DNA of 64,000 nt from Tannerellaceae bacterium (GTDB lineage Bacteria; Bacteroidota; Bacteroidia; Bacteroidales; Tannerellaceae). Of the stretch, positions 1 through 7,564 are shown piece after piece (within the stretch, counting starts at the first letter, position 1; every line of letters begins with the position of its first letter). Position numbers and translations under genes: made by a program. Below the pieces are notes generated by a model, which saw nothing but the letters and a program-made list of their open reading frames with translations, made no database searches and was not told the origin of the DNA. Location of the stretch: contig JAITRW010000024.1 in NCBI GenBank assembly GCA_031288175.1, positions 5,913-69,912 on the forward strand, read 5' to 3'.

Positions 1-418
1 AACAAACGCCGGAATACCACCCCGAAGCCAATACACAACAGCCCATATATTACATAAAACACTATCTCCGCCGTCTCCATATCCTCAATCCTTTTTCTTC
101 CCCCGCAAAGTTACTTCTTTTCTCCAACTCTCATCCCCTTTCTCCCTTTTCAACCACCGCGGCCCCCTCCGTCCTCAACCACAACGCCCACACCAACACC
201 CCAATCCCCCATACACCCTCATTACTATCGTCTCTATCCTGCTCATCGCATTCGCCTTTTTTCTTCCTCGCAAAGTTATTCCTTTTTCCCCCTCCTTTCT
301 ACTCTCTCCCGCCTCCAATTTTTTTACCCCTCTCTCCCCCTCCTTTTTCCTCTTTTATTTTTATGTTTGCCTCTCTTTTTACGTGTAACCATCAAATAAC
401 ATCTTTATACACCGTCTT

Positions 419-508
419 ATGAACAGACGTGCCTATTTCTCCAAATTCTGCTTGACAGGCGCTATCAACGCCTTCCTGTTCCTCGCCGCCTTACTAATCA
501 ACCATTAA
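419..508 (+). CDS. candidate 29-aa hydrophobic micro-protein (MNRRAYFSKFCLTGAINAFLFLAALLINH)
   Basis: ATG..TAA ORF translated by hand and below the ORF-track length cutoff. It is the first of four back-to-back small ORFs separated by 12, 10, -4 and 9 nt, and has a hydrophobic C-terminal half. Confidence 0.3.
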   Translation: MNRRAYFSKFCLTGAINAFLFLAALLINH

Positions 509-520
509 ACGCTTATCCTC

Positions 521-655
521 ATGAATGTAATCCTCTTTGTCGGCATTTTCCTCTCCTCCTTAATCCTCGCTATTCTCGCCTTTTGCTTCTGGATTCGCTC
601 CGACTCCGGCCAACGCTGGCTTGACGGCGATCATAAAAAACCCTCTAATAAATAA
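521..655 (+). CDS. candidate 44-aa single-TM micro-protein with conserved tail SDSGQRWLDGDHKKPSNK
   Basis: Hand translation: MNVILFVGIFLSSLILAILAFCFWIRSDSGQRWLDGDHKKPSNK. It is a paralog of the ORF at 878..1015. The only two differences in the shared 60 nt are synonymous. Confidence 0.45.
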   Translation: MNVILFVGIFLSSLILAILAFCFWIRSDSGQRWLDGDHKKPSNK

Positions 656-658
656 CGC
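599..658 (+). repeat. 60-nt direct repeat, copy 1 (copy 2 at 959..1018, offset exactly 360 nt, 58/60 identical)
   Basis: Aligned by eye. The only mismatches are at 622 and 628, both at third codon positions of the micro-ORFs. Identity runs 3 nt past the stop codon. Confidence 0.9.
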
Positions 659-665
659 TTTGTAT

Positions 666-881
666 ATGATAGAAGACAAATTAGTCCGCTCTTACTTACA
701 AAAACTCTTCTTAGAGTTATCAAAGATCTCCTTCGCCCTTTGGAGTATCGCCGGTCTCGGCATGATGTTTACCGAACCGCAGGTAACGACCCATCTAATC
801 ATTATGACCGTCTCCGGCTTTTTCTTCACCATCGTCTTTGCCGTCCTTGGTTGTTTCTTCTCTAAAACCCTGAAAAAATGA
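666..881 (+). CDS. candidate 71-aa two-TM small membrane protein
   Basis: Internal ATG of track ORF 621..881 (MIEDKLVRSYLQKLF...FFSKTLKK). It has two hydrophobic stretches, and its stop overlaps the next ATG (ATGA at 878-881). Confidence 0.45.
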   Translation: MIEDKLVRSYLQKLFLELSKISFALWSIAGLGMMFTEPQVTTHLIIMTVSGFFFTIVFAVLGCFFSKTLKK

Positions 882-1015
882 TTGACGGTAAAACTTTTGT
901 CGCTGCTCTATACGCCGCCGTAGCTCTCGCCGGTGTCTGTTTTTGCCTCTGGCTCGTCTCCGACTCCGGCCAACGCTGGCTCGACGGTGATCATAAAAAA
1001 CCCTCTAATAAATAA
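878..1015 (+). CDS. candidate 45-aa single-TM micro-protein, paralog of 521..655
   Basis: Hand translation: MIDGKTFVAALYAAVALAGVCFCLWLVSDSGQRWLDGDHKKPSNK. It has the same C-terminal 18 aa as 521..655 and ends 9 nt before prs. Confidence 0.45.
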   Translation: MIDGKTFVAALYAAVALAGVCFCLWLVSDSGQRWLDGDHKKPSNK

Positions 1016-1018
1016 CGC
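959..1018 (+). repeat. 60-nt direct repeat, copy 2
   Basis: See copy 1 at 599..658. Confidence 0.9.
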
Positions 1019-1024
1019 CTCTTT

Positions 1025-1966
1025 ATGTACACTAACCCTAACTTCGCTGTCTTCTCAGGTTCCGCCTCTTCTCTCCTCTCCCAAGGTATCTGCCGTTACC
1101 TCAACTGCCCCCTCGGCAAAATGAATGTCGTTCGCTTCGCAGACGGTGAGTTCGCCGTCTCCTACGAAGAATCCATCCGCGGCAAGCATGTCTTCATCGT
1201 CCAATCCACCTTCCCTAACTCCGACAACCTCATGGAGCTCCTCCTCCTCATCGACGCCGCCAAACGTGCCTCCGCCAAATCCATCGTCGCCGTCATCCCT
1301 TACTTCGGTTGGGCTCGACAAGACAGGAAAGACAAGCCCCGCGTCTCCATCGGCGCCAAGCTCATTGCCGACCTCCTCAGCTGTGCAGGCATCGACAGGC
1401 TCATCACCATGGACCTCCATGCCGACCAAATCCAGGGCTTCTTCAACGTCCCCGTCGATCACCTCTACGCCTCCGCTCGTTTCCTTGATTACCTTAAAAA
1501 AGAGTTCGACCCCAACTCCCTGTGCATCGCCACTCCCGATGTGGGCGGCGCCAAACGTGCCCTCTCCTACTCTAAATTCCTCGCCGTCCCCATGGTCATC
1601 TGCCACAAAGTGCGCGCCCGTGCCAACGAAGTCTCCGAAATGCGCCTCATCGGCGATGTCAACGGCCTCGATGTCGTCCTCGTCGATGATCTCGTAGACA
1701 CCGGCGGTACCCTCGTTCGCGCCGCCGAGCTCCTCAAAGATGCCGGTGCTCGCTCCGTCTCCGCCATCGCCAGCCATGTCCTCCTCTCCGACCCCGCTCC
1801 CCTTAAAATTGAGCAGTCCCCCCTAACTCGCCTCGTCACCACCGATTCCATCCCACTACGGCACGCCTGCCGTAAAGTCAACGTCCTCTCCGTAGCTCCC
1901 ATGATCGGCGAAGCCATTCGACGCGTTTGCCTCAACGAATCTATCTCCTCCCTCTACGTCATTTGA
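1025..1966 (+). CDS. prs: ribose-phosphate pyrophosphokinase (PRPP synthetase)
   Basis: 313 aa. Carries Prs hallmarks: ...VVRFADGE..V....SIRGK.VFIVQS, AVIPYFGWARQDRK, and the PRPP-binding loop VLVDDLVDTGGT. Confidence 0.95.
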   Translation: MYTNPNFAVFSGSASSLLSQGICRYLNCPLGKMNVVRFADGEFAVSYEESIRGKHVFIVQSTFPNSDNLMELLLLIDAAKRASAKSIVAVIPYFGWARQDRKDKPRVSIGAKLIADLLSCAGIDRLITMDLHADQIQGFFNVPVDHLYASARFLDYLKKEFDPNSLCIATPDVGGAKRALSYSKFLAVPMVICHKVRARANEVSEMRLIGDVNGLDVVLVDDLVDTGGTLVRAAELLKDAGARSVSAIASHVLLSDPAPLKIEQSPLTRLVTTDSIPLRHACRKVNVLSVAPMIGEAIRRVCLNESISSLYVI

Positions 1967-2002
1967 TTTCCCCCTCCTCGCTCTACTCTCTTCCCCTCCC
2001 CC

Positions 2003-3319
2003 TCAATACTCCCCGAACAAATGCTTAGACAACGCCTGCAACGCCGGTTCCTTATCCTCGCTTTTGATCAGCAACGACACATTATGGTCCGATCCCCCGA
2101 ACGAGATCATCCGTATCGGTATGTACCGGAACGCCTCCAAGATACGCGCCTCGAAACCCACGTTATCCCATCCGAAGTCCCCCACCACGCAGATGATCGT
2201 CATCTCCCTGTCCACAGTCACCGTCCCCAGCTCCTCCAAGTCCATCACGATCTCTTTCAATCGGGATGCGTTGTCTATCGTCACCGAGACCGCCACCTCG
2301 CTCGTCGTAATCAAATCCACCGGCGTTCTATAACTTTCGAAGATCTCGAAGATCTTTCGTAAAAAGCCCGTAGCCAACAGCATTCGACTTGATTTGATCT
2401 TGATCGCCGTTATATCGTCCTTCGCCGCTATGGCCTTGATCTTTCCCTTTTCCGACACCTCGGAAATCAACGTCCCCGGCGCCGTATGGTCCATCGTATT
2501 CAGCAACCGTACAGGTATACCTGCTCGCTCCGCCGGCAAAATACATGTCGGATGCAAGATCTTCGCCCCGAAATACGCAAGCTCTGCCGCCTCTTCGAAG
2601 CGCAACGTGCGTACCGGACTTGTATGCTCCACGTAACGCGGATCGTTGTTATGCATCCCGTCTATGTCCGTCCATATCTGTATCTCCTCCGCGCCCAATG
2701 CCGCTCCGATGAGCGACGCCGTATAGTCCGAGCCCCCACGTTTCAAGTTGTCTATCTCACCCCCCGCATTCCTGCAAATGAACCCCTGCGTAATCACCAA
2801 ACTCCCCGCCGGAACCCCTTTCAGCGCAGCTCGCAACCCCTCACGGATAAGACGCCCGTCAGGTTCCCCGTTGAGGTCTATCCGCATGAAGTCAAGCGCA
2901 GGGAGAAGTGACGCCGCCTCCCCCTGCTCCCGCAAGTACTGATGTAGCAACGTCGTAGACAGTATCTCCCCCTGGGCCACCACCACCTTCTCCAACGCAG
3001 CAAGGAAGCGCCCGCGCGTACACGCCTCTATTTCGCCGAAGATCTCCCTGATCTTCTTAATAGTTTCCTCCCTGAATTCTTCCTTCTTAAGAAGCTCCCC
3101 GGCAAGACCCTCGTAATGCCCCCCAAGCTGCTTGATCCCTTCCTTGGCTTCCTCTTGGGCGCCCGTACGCAGTTGTCTGCAGATGACCATCAGCGCGTTC
3201 GTCGTCCCACTCATCGCAGACAACACCACCACATCCTCCCTCCCCCTGATCAATTCGGCCACCGTCTTCATCCGCTCCACGCTACCCACAGACGTCCCTC
3301 CAAACTTCAATACTTTCAT
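2003..3319 (-). CDS. lysC: aspartate kinase
   Basis: 438 aa. N-terminus MKVLKFGGTSVGS, the amino-acid kinase fold motif, and C-terminal ACT-like regions. Confidence 0.92.
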   Translation of the reverse strand: MKVLKFGGTSVGSVERMKTVAELIRGREDVVVLSAMSGTTNALMVICRQLRTGAQEEAKEGIKQLGGHYEGLAGELLKKEEFREETIKKIREIFGEIEACTRGRFLAALEKVVVAQGEILSTTLLHQYLREQGEAASLLPALDFMRIDLNGEPDGRLIREGLRAALKGVPAGSLVITQGFICRNAGGEIDNLKRGGSDYTASLIGAALGAEEIQIWTDIDGMHNNDPRYVEHTSPVRTLRFEEAAELAYFGAKILHPTCILPAERAGIPVRLLNTMDHTAPGTLISEVSEKGKIKAIAAKDDITAIKIKSSRMLLATGFLRKIFEIFESYRTPVDLITTSEVAVSVTIDNASRLKEIVMDLEELGTVTVDREMTIICVVGDFGWDNVGFEARILEAFRYIPIRMISFGGSDHNVSLLIKSEDKEPALQALSKHLFGEY

Positions 3320-3358
3320 CCCTTTATCTTTTTTAGATTCAACTTTTTAGCCCTTCTT

Positions 3359-4033
3359 TCACAATTCCCCCTCTCTCAACTTCCCCTCCTCGCACTTCAC
3401 GATCCGCCCCGGAAACGCCTGCACCATCCCATAGTTATGCGTCGCCATCAACACCGCCGTACCCTCCCGGCTTATCCCGTGAAGCAACTCTACCAGCTGC
3501 CGCGCCGTCTCCGGATCCAAGTGCCCCGTAGGCTCGTCGGCCAATATCAACGCAGGATTGTTCAGCAACGCCCGCGCTATGCATACCCGCTGCTGCTCTC
3601 CCCCGGACAGCTCGTGAGGCATCTTGTAACCCTTATTCTCCATCCCCACCTGTTTAAGCACCTCGCTGATGCGCATATAGATGTCGCTCAGCTGCTTCCA
3701 TCCCGTCACTTTAAGCACAAACTCAAGGTTCCGTGCCACTGTGCGATCCGTAAGCAACTGGAAGTCCTGGAACACGATCCCCACCTTGCGGCGCAACCAT
3801 GGTATCTGACGTCGCTTGATTCGCAACAAGTCGTACTCCAACAATTGTGCCTCCTCCCCCTTTATCGGCACTTCGCCGTACAGTGCCTTTATCAGGCTGC
3901 TCTTCCCCGACCCTACTTTCCCGATAAGATACACAAATTCCCCCGCATTAAGATAGAAATCCGCCCCGTAAAGCACCTGGTTCTCCTTTCGCCGTAGCTC
4001 TACCCCGCATAGGTTTATTAATCGTTCTTCCAT
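3359..4033 (-). CDS. ftsE: FtsE-like cell-division ABC ATP-binding protein
   Basis: Internal Met of track ORF 3359..4519, starting MEERLINL. Walker [10 protein letters not shown], signature LSGGEQQR, Walker [12 protein letters not shown]. The 162-aa upstream extension is antisense to thiD and looks non-coding. Confidence 0.85.
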   Translation of the reverse strand: MEERLINLCGVELRRKENQVLYGADFYLNAGEFVYLIGKVGSGKSSLIKALYGEVPIKGEEAQLLEYDLLRIKRRQIPWLRRKVGIVFQDFQLLTDRTVARNLEFVLKVTGWKQLSDIYMRISEVLKQVGMENKGYKMPHELSGGEQQRVCIARALLNNPALILADEPTGHLDPETARQLVELLHGISREGTAVLMATHNYGMVQAFPGRIVKCEEGKLREGEL

Positions 4034-4074
4034 GCTTCTCCCTCTTATTAAGATGGACAAAGAAAATGAAAAAT

Positions 4075-4917
4075 TCAATAGATCTCTCGCATCAACGCTA
4101 TTCGCGGAGAAAAAAAATGACTCACCGGCCCGTTCCCCCATCCCGTCTGGATTTCCCCACCGTGACGGATCGCCGCCGTCATATACTCCTTCGCCTGCTC
4201 CACAGAATCTTCCAACGTAAGTTCCGATGCCAAACACGATGCGATAGCCGCAGACAACGTGCACCCCGTCCCATGTGTGTTCCGTGTGCGCAACCGGGGC
4301 CCGGAATAATACAGCGTCGACTGGAAGCTCCTGAACAACGTATCTATCGTCCCCACCGTGAACGCATGACCCCCTTTGATCAACACCGCTCGGCAGCCCT
4401 GGCGTATCAGCACGTCTCCCGCTTGCTCGATATCCCGCGTACTCTTGATCTCCATCCCCGCAAGTACGGCTGCCTCCGGTACGTTCGGCGTAAGCAATGT
4501 CAATCGCGGATACAAACACCGCCGATACGCCTCCGACACCTTGGCGTCCACCAACTGGTCCCTGCTACTGGCCTCCAGCACAGGATCCACGATTACGTAC
4601 GGCGGATGGTATCGGTCTATCGCCTCCGCTACTATCTCTATAATATCCACGCCGGGCAACATCCCTGTCTTAAGTACGTCTATCGTCAGATCGTTAAACA
4701 CCGCATCTATCTGCTCCCTCACCATATACCCCGATACCTTCTCGATGGCGTTCACCCCGCTCGTGTTCTGCGCCGTGATGGCCGTGATCACCGACGCCCC
4801 GTAAATACCGAATGCGCTGAACGTCTTCAGGTCGGCCTGTATCCCCGCTCCTCCCGAACTATCCGATCCCGCTATCGTAAGGGCCGATACATATCGTTTT
4901 ACTATTTTTCTTGCCAT
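4075..4917 (-). CDS. thiD: hydroxymethylpyrimidine/phosphomethylpyrimidine kinase
   Basis: Start taken at MARKIV. The motif LTIAGSDSSGGAGIQADLKTF is typical of ThiD. A minus-strand TAccTTTG box lies at 4922..4929. Confidence 0.9.
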   Translation of the reverse strand: MARKIVKRYVSALTIAGSDSSGGAGIQADLKTFSAFGIYGASVITAITAQNTSGVNAIEKVSGYMVREQIDAVFNDLTIDVLKTGMLPGVDIIEIVAEAIDRYHPPYVIVDPVLEASSRDQLVDAKVSEAYRRCLYPRLTLLTPNVPEAAVLAGMEIKSTRDIEQAGDVLIRQGCRAVLIKGGHAFTVGTIDTLFRSFQSTLYYSGPRLRTRNTHGTGCTLSAAIASCLASELTLEDSVEQAKEYMTAAIRHGGEIQTGWGNGPVSHFFSPRIALMREIY

Positions 4918-5022
4918 GCTCCAAAGGTAAATAATTTGCCTATCTTGCGCTCCCTTTTCCGCTCCTCCCTTAAACCTTCCGTAGCTTAGTCTATCCAAGT
5001 ATTAAACCATAAGTCTATAAAT

Positions 5023-5916
5023 ATGAATAAGTATATTTTGGCAGCCCTTTGCGCTCTCGCCGCAACGGCAGTATCCCCCCCGACTATCGCCCAAGACTAC
5101 TGGGACGACGTCTACGGCCCCTCAAAAACGAAAAAAACTAAAAAAAAGGTAGCCGTCACCGTCACCTCCGTCTCTACCGTATCCCCCGAACAAGGCCAGC
5201 CGGATAATGACGATCTCATCGATGTCGACGACTACAACCGCAGAAACAGAACCCCTGACACGGACTCAATCGAAAAGGAGCAACAGGAAACCACTTCTTA
5301 CAGCGAACGCATTGTCCGCTATCACGCCCCCGAAAAAGTCACCCTCATAGAAGCCGATAACGTAGAACTCTATCTCGGTAACGCCTATTACGATGAAGGA
5401 TACTACGGATGGTATGACCCCTGGTTCTACTACAGTCCTTACAGCCGCTACGCCTGGAGAACCCCCTATTACTTCTACGCCTGGGGCGTAGCCTCCTTCT
5501 ACGGTTGGTATTCCTCCTGGCATTACCCCCATGGCGCCTATTCCCATCACTATGGCGGCGGATACCCCCCTCACTATGGCCACCATTATGCCCACAAGCC
5601 TTCCTACAATTATTACAACCATGGACGGCAGCCCAATAAAGGCGTCTATGGTAGAACACAAAACAATGCCCCAAGAAACAACACCCCAAGAAATAGTACC
5701 GTCACCTCCCACAGCAGGGAAGGACTCAGAAACGCTCCCGCCACCGTAGCCCCCTCGGCATACGGCACAGGACGTAGCAGTAACATAGGTAGTAGCGGTA
5801 GCGACAGTCGTAGCCGTAACAGTAGTATAAGTAGCGGCAGCAATACCTCAGGCAGTCGCAGCGGCAACGGCAACGTAAGTAGTGGTAGCGGCGGCGGTAG
5901 CAGGGGGAGACGTTGA
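5023..5916 (+). CDS. secreted low-complexity protein with a Tyr/Trp/Gly/His-rich core (possibly YXWGXW-type repeats) and a Ser/Gly/Arg/Asn-rich tail
   Basis: Signal peptide MNKYILAALCALAATAV. The core reads YYGWYDPWFYYSPYSRYAWRTPYYFYAWGVASFYGWYSSWHYPHGAYSHHYGGGYPPHYGHHY. The tail is made of SGS/SRS/GNG repeats. Confidence 0.7.
   Translation: MNKYILAALCALAATAVSPPTIAQDYWDDVYGPSKTKKTKKKVAVTVTSVSTVSPEQGQPDNDDLIDVDDYNRRNRTPDTDSIEKEQQETTSYSERIVRYHAPEKVTLIEADNVELYLGNAYYDEGYYGWYDPWFYYSPYSRYAWRTPYYFYAWGVASFYGWYSSWHYPHGAYSHHYGGGYPPHYGHHYAHKPSYNYYNHGRQPNKGVYGRTQNNAPRNNTPRNSTVTSHSREGLRNAPATVAPSAYGTGRSSNIGSSGSDSRSRNSSISSGSNTSGSRSGNGNVSSGSGGGSRGRR
5075..5081 (+). repeat. C7 homopolymer inside the signal-peptide coding region of the 5023 gene (currently in frame)
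   Basis: Read directly: gtatcccccccgac. Confidence 0.95.
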
Positions 5917-5937
5917 AAATATTTCAATCCTAAAAAG

Positions 5938-7470
5938 ATGAAAAACAAAGTAAGCGGATTACTTTCCGCCTTATGTCTCTTCGGGGCTATACCGGCTCTG
6001 TCGCAAAGCCAATTGGACGCCTTGCGGTATAGCCGGACGGACGGCGGCGCGACGGCACGTACCTTGAGCATGGCAGGCGCTTTCGGCGCCCTCGGTGGAG
6101 ACCTCTCGGTCATGGCCCTCAATCCCGGCGCTCTGGGTGTGTACGGCAGTTCGGAATGGGTGATGACGATGGGGAAGGCCTCGTCCCACTCGAAATTGAA
6201 CGTCGACAACTTCGGTTACGTCGGTACCTCGCCCACAGGTAGCCAAACGGGTGTACTCAGCTGGACGACCGGCTTTGCCTATCAAAGAGTGAAAGATTTT
6301 CGGCGGCAATACTCCTACTCCCTATCCCCTGGACAGTCCATAAGTGACTATATCGCCGTCAGGGGTGAGGGCTACGATTTAGAGGATCTCGATGACCCCA
6401 ATGCCTATGACAATGGTGTAGACTGGCTCCCCGCATTAGGTTACCAGGCAGGCTTGATAGATTACTTCGGACAAGAAGCCGATCCCCGTAGCGCCTTCGG
6501 TGACGTTAATCTGGAAGGACGTTATGTTCCCTATAACCTGTCACACGCCTCCCTGCAAGTAGAAGAGCAGGGCAAGACGGAACGATACCTCTTGGGCGCC
6601 GCCATCAATATAGACGATCGTCTCTATGCCGGTTTTTCCCTTGCGATCTTGGATTTGGATTATTCGTACTCCTCCACATACGATGAGAAATTTACCAACG
6701 ACGACGACCTCTTCCTCGACAACTCCCTCATCACAAAAGGTACGGGCTTTGGCTTATCCGTAGGCTTCGTAGGACGACCGACAGACTATTTACGCCTCGG
6801 GGTAGCTTACCGTTCCCCCGTGTGGTACACCATGACGGACTATTTTTATGCCGCCGCAGGCTCTTCCGTAACAATAGGGGAAGATTTCCGGCTTGGAAAG
6901 GCCCAATCCCCCGACGGCGCTTTCTTTGAATACAGTTTCCGCTCTCCTCCTCAATGGCTCTTCAGCGCCGCCGCTATCTGCAGCCAATACGGTTTGATCA
7001 GCCTGGATTATGAAGTGACCGACTACGGGGACATGGGCCTCTTTGAACGACACGGCGAGACTATCCTTGCCGCCAATCGCGGCATAAAAGCAAATATGGG
7101 ACGCACAGGGACGGTACGCATAGGTGGGGAATGGAAGGTGAGCCAACACTTAGCGCTGCGTGCAGGGTGGAGTTATAGCGAACCGGCAGTACAGGGTATG
7201 CTGGGTAGCGGTTTCACCGATATGGAAGGGGTTGTGGCGGGAACCATCCCCCATTTTACGATAGACAAAGGAACCAGGCGTTACTCCGTAGGTATTGGGT
7301 ACCGCTTGACGACCAACCTGTATGCCGATGCAGCCTGGCTCTGGGCTTCCCATAAGGAAAAGGCCTATCCCTTCCCTCAACTGGATTATGAGCCGGGACA
7401 ACCCATCGGCGGCACTACCCTGGTGACGCATCGGCGACAGCTGGCATTCACGGTAGGCTATAAGTTTTAG
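5938..7470 (+). CDS. outer-membrane beta-barrel protein, FadL/OMPP1/TodX-like
   Basis: Signal peptide present. The N-terminal motif ARTLSMAGAFGALGGDLSVMALNPGAL resembles the FadL/PorV family. The protein ends ...FTVGYKF with a terminal aromatic. It starts 22 nt after the 5023 gene. Confidence 0.65.
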   Translation: MKNKVSGLLSALCLFGAIPALSQSQLDALRYSRTDGGATARTLSMAGAFGALGGDLSVMALNPGALGVYGSSEWVMTMGKASSHSKLNVDNFGYVGTSPTGSQTGVLSWTTGFAYQRVKDFRRQYSYSLSPGQSISDYIAVRGEGYDLEDLDDPNAYDNGVDWLPALGYQAGLIDYFGQEADPRSAFGDVNLEGRYVPYNLSHASLQVEEQGKTERYLLGAAINIDDRLYAGFSLAILDLDYSYSSTYDEKFTNDDDLFLDNSLITKGTGFGLSVGFVGRPTDYLRLGVAYRSPVWYTMTDYFYAAAGSSVTIGEDFRLGKAQSPDGAFFEYSFRSPPQWLFSAAAICSQYGLISLDYEVTDYGDMGLFERHGETILAANRGIKANMGRTGTVRIGGEWKVSQHLALRAGWSYSEPAVQGMLGSGFTDMEGVVAGTIPHFTIDKGTRRYSVGIGYRLTTNLYADAAWLWASHKEKAYPFPQLDYEPGQPIGGTTLVTHRRQLAFTVGYKF

Positions 7471-7479
7471 CTCCTAAAA

Positions 7480-7497
7480 ATACCACATTTGTGGTAT
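7480..7497. promoter_or_regulatory. perfect 18-bp palindrome ATACCACATTTGTGGTAT, a candidate operator
   Basis: 8+2+8 perfect inverted repeat that overlaps a TTTG (-33-like). A TActTTTG -7 box follows at 7521..7528. A closely related palindrome lies at 12161..12178. Confidence 0.4.
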
Positions 7498-7564
7498 AGG
7501 AGGTATGCACTATGGGGTTGTACTTTTGTGGGCGACACAGCTAATAGAAGTTCAACAAAATCAC

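Noticed and set aside
4034-4519. A 162-aa N-terminal extension of the ftsE ORF (track ORF 3359..4519).
   Set aside because: The extension overlaps thiD on the same strand in another frame and has no ABC-protein features. The canonical FtsE N-terminus begins at the internal Met (4033), which is preceded by an intergenic gap.
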